DNA of 63,465 nt, filler included, from Octopus bimaculoides (GCF_001194135.2; 3 parts of 3 records of this genome joined end to end with filler, not necessarily neighbours in it), one strand, 5' to 3'. Counted from the first letter of the whole stretch, positions 47,723 through 61,762 are shown. Numbers and translations are program-made. Notes: generated by a model not told the origin, from the letters alone.

Positions 47723-48965
47723 CAGACATGACAGAAGTAAATAGACACCCCATAAAACATTGTTTCATGTTTATCTTAATTTGTAAAGGTTTTTTTTATT
47801 AATTGACATTTTTATGTTTCAGTTTCTATATGTGACTGTTTAATCATGCTGTATACTAAAGAACACTTGAAACTGTCTGAATTTCAAAGAAGCTGTATTG
47901 TGGGTCATTCTGAAGGTGAACATAGTCAGTGTAAAATCGCAGAAAACCTTGGGATCTTACTTTCTAAAGTTAATAGAGTGATTGTGCAATTCACCAGCGA
48001 GGGGAAGGAGTCCACATCACCTTGCCCTGATCAATCAGGGCCGTCTGACAGGACCCTTCTCTTTGCTAAGAGAGTGCGGAGTTTAATCCTTGTTGCAAGG
48101 CCTCTAACATAGCAGAACAGGTTGATGTCAGTCCAAGAACAGCTGTCAGCTATCTCCAGAAACTTGGCTACTATGGCGCAGCAGCAAAGAAGGAAGCCAC
48201 TTCTTCAACTAGCCAACATCAAGCAGAGAAAAGACTGGGCCAGTGAGTTGGTGGAGAGGCCACTAGCATTTTGGAACACTGTCATATTCTTTGATGAGTC
48301 CAGATTGCTGTATTTCCTGACAGTGGTTAAGTGTGGGTCTGGAGACTGTGATCAAGAATTTGATGTGAAAAGATTGTAGCCAACAATGAAACACGGCAGC
48401 TAATCTGTGATGGTCTGGAGAGCAATTTGAAGCAATATTTGATCAGAGCCTGTGGAGTGTGAGGGGAACATAAACTCAGATGAATATGTGTCCATATTGC
48501 AGAAAGGACTCCTTCCAATCTTCTCCAGTGGTGAAATGATTAAAGACGACGCCTTTTTTATGGAAGATGGGGCTCCTTGTCGCATGGCTAAAACCCCAAG
48601 ATTTGTTGGATTAGAATGGCATTAAAAAGGTCCCATGGTCAAGCCAGTCACTGGACATGAACCCTATTGAACATCTCTAGGGCATAATGGACAGGACACT
48701 TCATAAAAAGACCAAGAAAGTGTCTTCAAAGCGAGATCTTTTTAGATTACTGCATGAAACTTGGCAAGAAATTCCACAAGAGAATATTCATCATCTGATG
48801 AGTAACATACCTAATAGGGTCCTTGCATTGAAAAATGCAAAGGGCATGTTTAATAAATATTAAATATTCACATTATAACAATCAATAAATAATTTGAATG
48901 TATAATTTCAGATTTAAATGAATTTTAATGATGATAAGGGTGTCTACTTACTTCTGTCATGTCTT
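47723..48965 (+). mobile_element. Full-length inactivated Tc1-family transposon (~1.24 kb)
   Basis: ~28-bp TIRs CAGACATGACAGAAGTAAATAGACACCC / GGGTGTCTACTTACTTCTGTCATGTCT; relic peptides [38 protein letters not shown] and MNPIEHL. Confidence 0.9.
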
Positions 48966-49044
48966 ATATATATGTATGTATATCTATATATATAGATTTA
49001 AGCATGTATATATGTATATATATCTATATATATACGTGTATATA

Positions 49045-49118
<74 letters not shown>

Positions 49119-49124
49119 CATATG

Positions 49125-49172
<48 letters not shown>

Positions 49173-49742
49173 CATATGTATGTGTATATATATATATATA
49201 TATAAGCATATGTATGTGTATATATATATATGTATCCATATGTATATGTATATATAAATGACAAGTGAGGCAATATTATCTACAGTTATTAAGGTCCAGT
49301 GGGTGGTTACTCTCCCTTAATATATATATGTGTGTGGTGTGTGTGCCTGTGTATGTGTTTGTGTGTGTACATATATGTACACACAATATGTATGTGTGTG
49401 TGTATGATGTATGTATATATCTTTCTGTATATATAAACATATATATATATATGTGTGTGTGTTTATATATATATATTTACACACACATATATATGTTAAT
49501 ATATACACACATATATATACAGATATAATATGTATTTCAACGCACAGTGACCCATCAGTTTCTTTCAATTTTTACATTTGGTTTTTGTTCCTAAATTTCC
49601 TCAAGTTTAAAGTTGGTAAAAATATCCTACATAGTGCCTACATTCAGATAAGAATTATTTTTCCTAGTTCAAATCTCCATCCCAAATTATTGTTTTTTAA
49701 TTTTATTTTAATCATTTAATAAACAAAAGTTTTTTTAAAAAG

Positions 49743-49786
<44 letters not shown>

Positions 49787-52700
49787 AAAAATGTTAAGTA
49801 CACAGCAACATCTTTTAGTGTGAGCCAAATTAATCATGGGACATCTTGCCCTTCTTCTCTCTTATACTATTCTCTTGTAAGTTTTGTGTTAGGTTAGGAA
49901 ATATTATATCATTACATTCATTACATTAGCAAACTTTTCATTCATGTTCTGAAAACTCTGTATCATTTTATTGTGGTTAATAACAAATAATATTCTAACA
50001 TCCCAGTCTCCTATATATTATTCTTTATTAAGTAGAATAATTGTGCAAGAAATATAATAATCATTGATTATATACAATATCTGGTACAGACTTTATTAAT
50101 TAAATTTCACAAGAGTTGCAATATTATATATAATATATGGACTTGCTTATCACTTTGTGTAATATAAATTTGCTGAAACAGACTAAAATGAGTAGCAGTC
50201 TAAATGCATAATAGGATTTAGCTTTGTCACTTTCTCTCTTCCACATACAAATCCCACTGAGATCAACCTTGTCTTTCATTTTTCTAAGAGTAAATTAAAC
50301 ATATATCAGGATATTGTAGAACTGAGGCAATCACTTATACAACACATTCTCAGCAACTGGCCTTGTGCTTAGATAAGGATCCATTATATCTCATGTTTTT
50401 TAATTGATACATTTTAGAAATACAGAAAGATATTAGGGTGCATGTGTGTTCATGGAAAGACTATCAAATATAGCTGTAGTCATAAATTCTTATTGTCTTA
50501 AAGAGGTTGGGGGTAGGCAAAAATATGTAGCATTTAATTTCTACTTTGGTCTGTTTTTGTTAAAATCTCCCTCACAGTTTTATCATCTATTCTCTCTTCT
50601 ATTTTGTTTCAATCTGCTCTTCTGTTTACATTTTTCATATGTGAAATAACCATATGTATTCGATCACAGTTTTGGATAACTTGTTTTATAGACCAGTTGA
50701 ATTTTTCATGTTTTTTTTTTTTTTACTTCAGAGATATTTAAACAAACAAATAAATAGCTTGTAAATCTCTGTCAAGAACATGGGATAATCGCACCCAGAT
50801 ACCACCATAGCTCTGATGTTTTTGCATTAAAAATCTGATTTATATTCTTTCATATGACACATTCTGTTGCTTCTTATATCCTTTATTTCTCTAATCTTTC
50901 AAAATTTTTCTTTTATTTTTAATTATTGCTATTATCATTATAAATCCTTAAACATTTTCCCTCTTGCTTGGTATAGTGAAGGTAATATTACTTCACTCAA
51001 GAATTGTGTATGTGGTGAATGTTATTATGCTTTACCCAGAAATTGTGGGAGAAGAGTGTGTGAAGGTTTCTAAGACCTTATCCATAATCATCTGAAAAGG
51101 CAATTTGAACTGTTCTTAATGTGTATTACACCATATGCATATATCCTTTGTGTATATATGTACATATGTTTATTTATGTAACATTGAAGTAAAAGACAAC
51201 AGAATGAAAAAAAATAAAGTGTTTGTTTTTATTTTTTAAATAAAAATTATTTTTAAATGCAAGACGAAAAGTTTACATATTTACAGTATACACAAAGCTG
51301 TCTTCTCAGCAATATTTTGGCTAGCTTATAGTATCTGTCATTGTTTGGTACAAGCAGTAGCAATAGTCTTTTCTGTCAATGCTTACTAATGAAACAGAAT
51401 GAAAATGGAAGAATTAGAGGCAAATTTTCAATTTGATTTCACTTTTTCTCACCATTTCCAGGAAGACAAAGGTTTAAATGACACTGTAAATGGAGGTTTT
51501 AGCATAAAACACCATATAAAGCTGGTCTATATGGAAGGAAATGTCTTAAAGTCAATTTATGTCAAATGAAAATCAGCATGTGCTAAAACAGAAGTTTAGA
51601 ACTAAAATCATTATTTCTAGATGACAATTACCATATCTTCCAGTATCAAGAATGCTATTTTTACCTAAAATATCTCCCAAAAATTGAACATGTATCTCAA
51701 AGGATGAAGTTTACGGTTTTTGTTAGCCAGTTTTAATCGCAGAGGAAGGTTATCTCTGCTAAACTCAACACATCTTGCATCTGTATGTCACTAAAAACAT
51801 CTTAATAAAGTATGGGAAAGTGCTGAGACCATATTTTTATGTTTACCTTTGTTTAAACATTTTCAAATCAAAATCAGAAGTGTGTTTTTGAGGTCAGAGC
51901 ATCCTACATTTCAGAAAATATGGTTATCAGCAAAATTTTGACAAAAAGATATCTAGCTTCTTCCACTAAATATTTGATGAAGAAAAACGAAGTGATATCT
52001 CATTCGTTAATAATACAGCTGCTCTGAACAATTAATTTAATGATTTGTATCAATAAAATTAAAAACCATTTATTCCATTAACTATTAGTCATCTACCATA
52101 CCAAAATCAAATCAACATTACTGATGTGATTCTAAATGTCTTTCTTTACTCTGACAAATGCTAAAGTTTGGTGATGTTGTATATTAATGAGACATAGTCA
52201 TTCATGGATCGTAACAATCCTATCCATCTTTTCAAAGATTTAATCTCTTATCTGTTACTTATTCTTGTAATCTATCATTTAGAAATAGCTCATGAAAAAT
52301 TTCAAAGATTGTGCCGTCTTGCCAACTATTAAAATAAAATTCATTTCAATTGTAAATCTGTGTCCAATTACTAATTCTTGTATCTAATTATTATGCCCTC
52401 CATTTCTTTCACAGTAATTTACAGTCTCTAAAACAACTGAATTACACTATTGTGCAAAATTATTACATTGTGGAATATTGAGATTGTTTCCAATAACTTG
52501 TATAATCTGATTATCAGATATTTGCTTCAGTTTTTCATTTATGCAAACCACCCTAGTTTGTTAGAATCAAGACCATTTACAATATTGGATTTCTCTTGTT
52601 TCCTTGAGGTGATATATATTTAGTACATTCAGTAAATCATTGTCATAATCATCAATTAAGGTCATTTTTACATACATCTGTCAGTTGAGTCTGAAAATAA

Positions 52701-53186
52701 CATATCATTTGTCTTGATCCTGCATTATCTCACCAATCTGTTGTATCAAACTCAGTATTTGATTGATGTTTTAGTGAAAGCAAAACACTGATTCCAAAAC
52801 TCTGCTGCCTTGTGACTGTATCCAGCTATGGAAAAGGTTTGGGGGATAAACCTTGAGGAAAAATCATGAGTTGGAGCTCCTGAGGCAGTTTGATATCGTC
52901 AACACCTCATTTTGGCAGCTCCTGTGACAACATTGGTACCAAATTGTAATGGTGTAGAGAGAGGGACTTGCTGCATGAGCAATAACTACTCTCCATACCA
53001 TACTGCCCAGTCTTGATTCCTATTGAACACTCTATAAGGGAAGACACTAATTTTAAATTCAAGTTGTCCACCCTGTTGTTCGAATAGGGTGGACATTAAA
53101 CCTTTAAGATCGGGGAACCAGTTAGGGTCCTGCTGGATCTTTCTTGGCATACCAGCAAACTACGCCAGCATCACCACTACTTCCAA

Positions 53187-53264
<78 letters not shown>

Positions 53265-53269
53265 ATGTA

Positions 53270-55100
53270 TATTGGTGTGTGTGTTTGTCCCACCACCACC
53301 ATTGCTTGACAACCGATGTTGGTGCATTTGTATCCCTGTAATTTAGCTGTTCAGCTGAAGAGACTGATAGAATAAGCACAAGGCTTACAGGGAATAAGTC
53401 CAGGTGTCAATTTCTTCGACTAAAGGGTGCTTTAGTCGAAGCATGGGCACTGTGAAATGACTGAAACAAGTAAAACAATAAAAGAATACCAGAAAAACGT
53501 CCTGTACCACTAAACCAAGAAGGTTCTTTGAATATGTATGATGTATTTTAAGGTTAAATAGTAATTCCGTTTGTGTAACTGAGATATTTTGGTTGGATTA
53601 TGTAGTCATTGGTGTTACATTGCTTTCTATATTCTGTAACTGTCACAATATACTTTTCTGGGCCTGAAATTTTTGTGGGGAGGGGGCCAGTTGATTAGAT
53701 CGACCCCAGTACACAACTGGTACTTCATTTATCGACCCCAAAAGGACGAAAGGTAAAGTCGACCTCGGCAGAATTTGAACTCAGAACATAAAGACAGATG
53801 GTCGTAATATGCAAACATTTCTCATGGCACCAATACACTGTTTACAGATGCTTACATTTTTTTTATGTTTTCTATGATTTTTTCATGGGTCCAGCTAGTT
53901 ATTATCATTATTGTAAGCTGGCAGAATTGTGAGCACACCAAGCAAAATGCCTAGCAGTATTTTGTTCAGTTTTATATTCCAAATTCAAATGCCAACTTTA
54001 ATTTTTATCCTTTCAGAGTTGAAAACTGGATTCAATCGATTGACTTAACACTCCCCCAAAATTTCAGGCCTTGTGCCAAAATTTGAAACTACTATTATTA
54101 TCATCATCATCATCATTATTATTATAGAATATCTAAGGCTACAAGTGCTTTTGGAAAACTTTTCCATTGTTTGTGTCAGTTTTATAACTAAAATAAGAGT
54201 ATTCAAATTTTGTATTTTGAACACACTTCTGTACGGGGTAGAAGTATGAACTCCCAACAACAGACATCTGAAGAAACTTGACAACTTTTACAGTTACTGT
54301 CTGCACAATATCTACAATATAATATGGCATTCTGAAAATCCTTTGGTATGGCCAACAAGTACAGGTATTCTGCAGTAACTGAAGACCCCTGTTAAAGTAT
54401 AAGTTGGAATAATCACTAAAATCCCTACAGCTTACTGTAACATCTTGGGAAAATTATTGCCTAGATCAATCTGAGTGGTGTAAATGTGTCATGAAGCATG
54501 TAAACAATTTGAGCTGAAGAAACAGAACAATAAAGGAACTTTATCATGCAATCAACAGACACATTTCTCCAATTCCCACCAAAATCATTGTCCCCATTTG
54601 ACTTCATAACAAAATCCATACCTGGACTCAAGTTGCATTCAGTCATCCACTGCAAATAGATGTAACTTCTTTTTTTTTATACTTTTTTCTTAATCTTTTC
54701 CTTCAAACATCCATACATCAAAATCGATGGTAGAGATCATCATCATCATCATCATCATCATCATGAGGACAGTGGGTTGGCTGAATTATTAGAAACTCAG
54801 AAAAAATGCCTTATGGTAATTTGTTCCAGGACTTTAAGCTTTGAGTTGAAATTCCACCAGGGTCCAATCTGCATTTCATCCTTTAGGGGCTGATAAAATA
54901 AAGTACTGGGCTCAATGGTATCAGTTAAATGCATTTGCTTAGATTTTTTTAAATATTTTGAGTTCAAATCTTACCAAGGTCAACTTTGCCTTTCATTATT
55001 GTGGGGTCAATAAAATGAAGTACCATTTATGTACTGGAGTGGTTGATACCAACTAAAATTCTCTCATCAAAATTGCTGGCCTTGTGCATAAATCAGAAAC
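53270..55100. mobile_element. SINE cluster (family A tail 53270-53490; family B ~53640-53800 -, ~53920-54090, ~54770-54920, ~54950-55100 +) with an old RTE fragment (~54220-54650 +)
   Basis: Similarity to better-preserved copies; LLYGVEV..HLKKLDNF for the RTE piece. Confidence 0.65.
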
Positions 55101-56459
55101 CATCATTTAGACAATCATTCTACCAATTCTGACATTCACTACAATCCATTTGTAATATATAAAATGCTTGACAATACAGCTCCAGGCAATTTTGTTAAGT
55201 TAATCTGAGTTTATTGTTTATCAAAACGAGGCTTAGATCTAAACTTATGAAGGACTAAGAATAATGTCTTCCATTGAAACAACGGTAAAAATTTGGGAGC
55301 AAGGATACTGTTGATTGTATCAACCCCAGCACTTGACAGCTTTCTTTTACTAATAGAGTAATGTTAAAAGTAAATTTCAACAAACGACTAATAAAATGGG
55401 TCAGGGCTTTTTTTAGCCTTGTTTTTGGATGAACATGTGATTTTTAAAAAAGTAGTAACATTTTCCCTTGCATCAATTGATAAGAGAAGAAACATGCTAA
55501 AAAAAAAAAAAAGCTTTAATAACGCAAATGTGTCATTCAAGGGGCATTACTCTAAATAAATTCTCTTATTTTCGACGGTAATTTGGAGTTACCTCCCTTA
55601 GTTTTTTTTTTTTTTTTACGTAACAAATTGTCGGACATTTGTGCATGATGTATATCATTATGTTGTTAGAGCAATGGACACATTGTTTTTATAGCCCTTT
55701 GTGTATTATTATGAAAATCCAGCTGAATATGATTTTAATCTTTACTAGTTCGATAAATTAGAGGACCATCTAAATATTGAGAGACATAACCGTCTATACG
55801 TTTTCCCGCCCAAATGTGTGGTCTTGTGTCTTCGTTACAAATAAATGTATGTAAAAAGATTAAGAAGCACCAACGAACCTTTCTTGCAATTGGTTTTAAT
55901 TTATTTCAATTATGTTTCTTATATTCTTATATCTCGGTTGTTGACTAATATCATGTGATTGAAATTTAGGAGACACTGTCTGTTCGTCAGCCTGCCTGTT
56001 TGTCTATTCGTCTATTTGAATATTTTATATGAAAATCAGTCTCTCCAGTGCGAATACTGTAATAACCAGTTTTCTGCTTTCTTAACGGCGCGGGGGGGGG
56101 GGGGGTTCAGGAGTTCACTCAGTTGAAATGTGACGAGAATATGAATGTGCTTTCGGGAAATAAGGAAGACAAAGTTATACATGTGTTATATGTAGATCTA
56201 TGAAAGATGCATTCTCAAGATATATACCGTTTATAAGGTTTTCAAAGGTGAATCAGCTTTAAGCATACAGATTGCTATTTTGAACTAATATTGCTTTCGT
56301 TGCTAATAACGAATGCGCGCGCAAGTGTGTATGTGTGTGTGTACAAATGTAAAAATGCGCATAAGTGAAGACACGAGTATATGAACAGGTTAATGTATTG
56401 GTGAACTATCAACAGCATTGGAAAGTATAAAGATTAAAGCAGTAGTTGAGAAAAAGTTA

Positions 56460-56995
56460 GCTGACATGGATGACTGGAAGCTATCTGAATATTGGAAAAC
56501 AATTACCTGTATCATGTTGATTCAAGCCAGGTTTTAAACTGCAGAAATCATGTCTGTTGCTCAATGCCCTGTGAACACTGTAAAACTAACATGAACAGCT
56601 ACAACAAAGACTATGAAGCCGTGTCCAGTAAGAAGGGACACAGCAAGTGTTCTGTGTTCACACGTCGGAGTTCTCCCCCATGTTTAAACAGGACCTTAGA
56701 TACAATTCAGACGGCTATGTGAAGCTGCTGGAGATTGTGGTCAATCTCTGGCTGGAGAAGCTTGTTGCTGGAAGGCCATTTGGGTGGCAGTAGGGTTTGG
56801 CTCCTTGTCATATCTTTGGAAAGCATTAGAAATGCTTATTGGAGAATTTCTACGATTTCACCAGACCTTATTTCTGGCCACCTAATTCCCCTGATAGTAA
56901 TCCCATAGAAGTTTCTATGTAAGGTGCAATTGAGAAAGACCCCCAACTGCTCTTCCTGCAACACCAAGGCCAAGCTGGTGGCCAAGATCATGTGT
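56460..56995 (+). mobile_element. Internally deleted Tc1/mariner relic, maT-like (37-residue spacing)
   Basis: GYVKLLE..WLEKLVAGRP.GWQ*GLAPCH...FWPPNSPDSNPIE; 37 residues between the expected second and third catalytic positions. Confidence 0.75.
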
Positions 56996-58180
56996 ACGTG
57001 CGCGTCTACGCATGTAGGTATATCGAATAAAGTATACATACACTCATACATACTATGCGCGCGCATACACACACGCGAATATTTCGACTTTATTCTTAGT
57101 ATGTACAAAGGTGGCCAGCTGGCAGAGTCGTTAGCACACCGGACAAAATTCTCAGCGGTATTTCTTCTAGCTGAGAGTGACTTTGCTTATCGTCCTTTTG
57201 GTGAGTGTCCTTAAAATAAATAACAATCAAGTACTGAGGTTGATGTAATCGACTTTCCCACTCCTGAAAAAGAAAAAAGGTTTTTCAGTGTGCATACACA
57301 CAAGATCTAGTTACCTCCCTTTATTACTTCCTCCTAGAGTAATCTACCTTAGTCCATATTTACAAGAAACGTGCCAGCTACCTGCTCAAGTACTAACATA
57401 TGAAACATGAAACTTGTGCTAACTTACCATCGTTTTATATTTTCTTTTGTTGGAGTATGTTTCCATCCCAAAACAATAGACTAACGAAACAAGTGATATA
57501 TATATGTGTAAAAACTTATTTTCAAACAGTTTGTGTACATTTGATTGCATCAAATCACCTATACACTGACTCTAATAACGGGTACTATTTTTCCCGCCCA
57601 TTTTACTACCGTTGTGTAATATGGCTCTGTATTGAGTGTGTGCACACCTGTGTAGTGTATGCATGCGCATATGCGCGCGCTTTTTTAGCATATACGCGCG
57701 CCTTTTTAGCCTATGTGCGCGCTTTTTTACATACATGTGGAAAGAGTTCCATAGCATTCTCCTAAACTCACCCGTTTAACTTGTGTTTTGAAATTTTTTA
57801 CACATTTCTTTTACTTTCCTTCTATTTTTCTTTTTTACCTCCTAACTTGTTTCAGTCATTCGACTGCGGCCATCTTAAGACACTGCACTGAAGGGTTTCA
57901 ACGAACAAATCTACTTATCTTTTTTAAAGCCTGATACTTATTCCATTAGTCTCCTTTTTGCTGAAACGCTAGCTTATGGGGACGTAAACAAATAAACATC
58001 GGCTGTGAAGCGGTGGCTGGATAAATACAAACGCAAAGATACACACGTACATGCATATGCGTGCGTGTGTGTGCGTGTGTGTTTGTATATATACCACCTG
58101 TCTTCGTCTTTTGCCTTTTTGTGAATTCTCCCCCTATACGTGTATATATATATATTTTCATATATATATATATATATATA

Positions 58181-58280
58181 NNNNNNNNNNNNNNNNNNNN
58201 NNNNNNNNNNNNNNNNNNNNNNNNTTAATTAATTAANNNNNNNNNNNNNNNNNNNNNNNNNNNNNNNNNNNNNNNNNNNN
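58181..58280. other. Artificial scaffolding linker N44-TTAATTAATTAA-N44
   Basis: Same structure as 30090-30189. Confidence 0.92.
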
Positions 58281-58484
58281 GAAGATTTTTTTTTTTTAAT
58301 TTTTTTAATGACTCAATTATTGAATTGCCACGCCCCACGTTGGGAATCACGGGTCTACACTGTAAGTTCTGAACTTGTAGGCATGTGATTCAGAAGCTTC
58401 TTAACCTCACAGCTATGTCTGCACCTGTAAACAGTTATTTCACTCGCAGGAGGACTTGAACCCATGATCCTCAGCTCACTTACC

Positions 58485-58765
58485 TTGACATCGCCGTAAA
58501 ATCTGAAATTTTGTGGGTGGGGACTAGTTGATTACATTAACCCCGAAAGAATTAAAAGCAAAGTTGACCCTGGCGGAATTTGAACTCAGAACGTGCAGAC
58601 TGATGAAATGCCGCTAAGCATTTCGCCCGGTGTGCTAATAATTCAGCCAGTTTGCCGCCTTACTGATTTCAAATTTTGGCACAAGGCCAGCAAGGTCATG
58701 GGAGGGGATAAGTCGATTACATCGACCCCAGTACTCACCTGGTATCTATTTTATCCACCCCGAAA
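58485..58765. mobile_element. Family B SINE fragments
   Basis: ggcggaatttgaactcagaacg...gccagtttgccgcctt (-) and a following tail fragment. Confidence 0.7.
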
Positions 58766-59249
58766 GGGTGGCGATACTATTGACAATCGTTTCATGTCGC
58801 TTCTGAGTAACAAAAACAACTAAAAAATAAAAAGGTGGTAATTATTTTAATTGAACCGGTTTGTTGATGAAGTAGTACGACCGTATGTACATGAACAGAA
58901 AAGAAAAAAAACGTGTTATATTGATTCCAGTAAGATGTGGTGTAGTAGACGAAAAATATAAAATAGCAGAATCCGACAAAAAAAAAAAAAATAGCGATGG
59001 TCTGTGTCGACAAACAATAAGGATGACAGAGAGAGAGAAGCTTAGAGATGAAAGATCGGGCTTAATATTTATAAAGGGACGCAACTCCAAATGCCCATAT
59101 TTACAAGGTAAGGAGTAATCTCCCATGAAACAGTTTACTCGAATTATTTCCTATTAGTTTTCTTCTCAAATCAAATAAGATATCGAAACAGACGGATAAA
59201 ACGTTACAGTTTAAGTTTTTTCTTTTCTTGATTTTAATTTTCTCTGTCA

Positions 59250-60155
59250 TCATCTTTTGGGTTTTATTCCATAAGCACACCTTTCATTTGGGACTTCAAT
59301 GGCTTTGTAAGCACGTTTCATATCCTCAACTGTATACAAGCCTGATATGGCTATGTACTCGCCGTTTTCACAACTATCCTGTGGTGAACCAAACTTCGTG
59401 CTGTGTATGTAATTCACATTGAGATTTTTAGTTAAAATTCCAGTTACAAAAATGTCCTCGATCCAAATGAGAGGGACTTTGAATGATTCTTTAACCAACT
59501 GCTGTATTAGGTTCCCACTTAACAAATAAGCATCTCCCTGTGTGTAAACTGGGTAGGAATCTGGTGGATACATGTCCTTTGATATGTACCATGGTGACTT
59601 CTTGTTTCGTTCAGGTTTGGAATTATTTGTGATGCGGCCCATGATAAAGTTATGCAGCGATGCTCTCTTGCTTTTCAGAACACGTATAAGGCGTGGAATG
59701 TTAACGAATGTTGAATCATGAACTTTAAATAAAAATCTAATTTCAGCATATGCCCTCAACATATATTTCAAAGCAGTTAAAGTACACAGGCTCTGATTTT
59801 CGAAAGAGTCTATAAAATCTCCCTGGAAAATATCTTCATAATGGTTGAACTCTTCAGCAACCTTGGCATTGATTTCAGGGCGTGAAGATCGTCCCATGTA
59901 AAATAATATCTTACTGTTTGAGCCAGAGCTTATATATGTGCTCCATGTTTCTCGTATGGCTTTCCTCATTTCATAATTTTCTGGATAGGATTTAACAGCA
60001 AATAAGAATACGATGTTTAGCCTTTCATCCTCTGCCCACACTGGTTTGTATTGCTGCAGGATTGTTGGGTCAAAGGAGTACGACATCTTATAGACTATGA
60101 ACCCACACAATGCCAACAGAGTGAAAATTAAGGTAGCTTTCTTATATATTCTCAT
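59250..60155 (-). CDS. Beta-1,3-galactosyltransferase-like protein (GT31 family), 301 aa, single coding exon
   Basis: Type II TM anchor (aa 8-22); motifs RKAIRETW, DIFQGDFIDSFEN, FVNIPRL, YPVY..G.AYLLS and IEDIFVTG. Splice acceptor tttctttctatttcag ends at 60167, 11 nt before the ATG. Confidence 0.93.
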   Translation of the reverse strand: MRIYKKATLIFTLLALCGFIVYKMSYSFDPTILQQYKPVWAEDERLNIVFLFAVKSYPENYEMRKAIRETWSTYISSGSNSKILFYMGRSSRPEINAKVAEEFNHYEDIFQGDFIDSFENQSLCTLTALKYMLRAYAEIRFLFKVHDSTFVNIPRLIRVLKSKRASLHNFIMGRITNNSKPERNKKSPWYISKDMYPPDSYPVYTQGDAYLLSGNLIQQLVKESFKVPLIWIEDIFVTGILTKNLNVNYIHSTKFGSPQDSCENGEYIAISGLYTVEDMKRAYKAIEVPNERCAYGIKPKR

Positions 60156-61031
60156 ATTTACAAGATCTGAAATAGAAAGAAAACGAAAATTAGGTCATTG
60201 TATTTAAAATATAACAAAGACATAAACAACAAGATAGAAAAGCAAAATTGACTATCTGTATGACGATTTGACCCACTAGAAATAATAGTCAAATCTCCTT
60301 CATACTAAAAGCAAGCATCTTAGAAAAAGGGAAGGGGCACATAAGCCAATGAGGGATGCTCTACATATTCAATATCTTCGTTGTGCCTGTTGGAAATAAT
60401 CAGAATCTCCAAATAATGGAGGTGTTACATGTTCATTCTGACTGTTAGAAAGAGTAGCAAAATCTTCCTCAAATAAATCTTTACTGTCTAAAATGATAGA
60501 AAGGACAAGTGAGCAAAATAAGAAATTTCTATGCCAGGAGAGAACAACATCGTTATTATTATCCTCTTCCCCTTCATTGTCTGTTTCTAAGATAATATTT
60601 CTCCATGCCCTGACATGGTCTTGCAAAATATTAGAAATAAACGGCGCTGCTTGTATGACAGGGACAATTATGTCCGACAACCATCTGATGTCAAGACAAG
60701 GAGACAAACACACATAATCACACACATGCACACATACATACATACAAACACACGTGTGTGAGCATATGTATATAATTATATATATACATATATATACATA
60801 CATACATATATATATACATACATACATATATATATATATATGTATATATATAATTTAGAGAAAAACCAACTATTAATAAATTCAACAATGAAAAATGTCA
60901 TTCAAAACATCTAGAAAAACAAATAGACCACAAAATCCCTATTCAAAAAGTGCCACACATTAGAACTGAACCTAGAACCATGTGGTTGAGACGCAAACAT
61001 CCTTACTTATATTCATACATATACATATATG

Positions 61032-61082
<51 letters not shown>

Positions 61083-61762
61083 TGATACATACATACTTAT
61101 ACATGCACATACACTCGCACATATATGTAGAATTAGTAACCCAGGCAAAATATTTCTTAAGCTGTCTGCAGATAAAAATACACCAGGCTAACAAAAATAT
61201 CTTGTGAACAGTCTAGTACTCCAGATAATCCAAATCACAGTAGTCAAATTTGTAAATCCATGATTCCAATGTGTAGTTATGATGTTAAGCTTTTACAGAG
61301 GATACATAAAATAAACAGAAATAATAGGTTATATGTATTTATTTATTTAATATAGGCTTACACCTGTTTCACATATGTGTTTGGGTGCATTCATAGCTCA
61401 GTGAAAGCTTCTTTCAGAGTCCAAAGCTTTCTTCAAAGCCAAATCAAATCTATAGCCAAGGTGGAAGAAAGAAAGGGAAAGGAAGGAATTTGGTCAAAGT
61501 GGCACTTATTACATAGAAGTGGGTCATATAGGTTTATATAGAACTAGCCATTAACCTTAAGCCAATGTTAGTTCTTACTGCAAGTGAATAATATTGATGC
61601 CGAGTAAAGAAATTACAGGTTCCACACTCTGGGTCTGGGTTGACCTGGGTAAAAATAGCAGCTGAGAGGTCATTCTACACACCTTCAAAAACCCTAGGAT
61701 TCCTGTACCAGAGCCCCACAACTAGATGCAGTTTAAAATCATATGCAGGACACACACACACA

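Noticed and set aside
58842-59126. Basic 77-aa and hydrophobic 94-aa ORFs
   Set aside because: Low-complexity A/T runs in the likely 3' UTR of the GT31 gene.
272-61207. Many ORFs rich in YI, VC, TH or X runs
   Set aside because: Translations of (TA)n, (TG)n and (CA)n microsatellites or N gaps; not genes.
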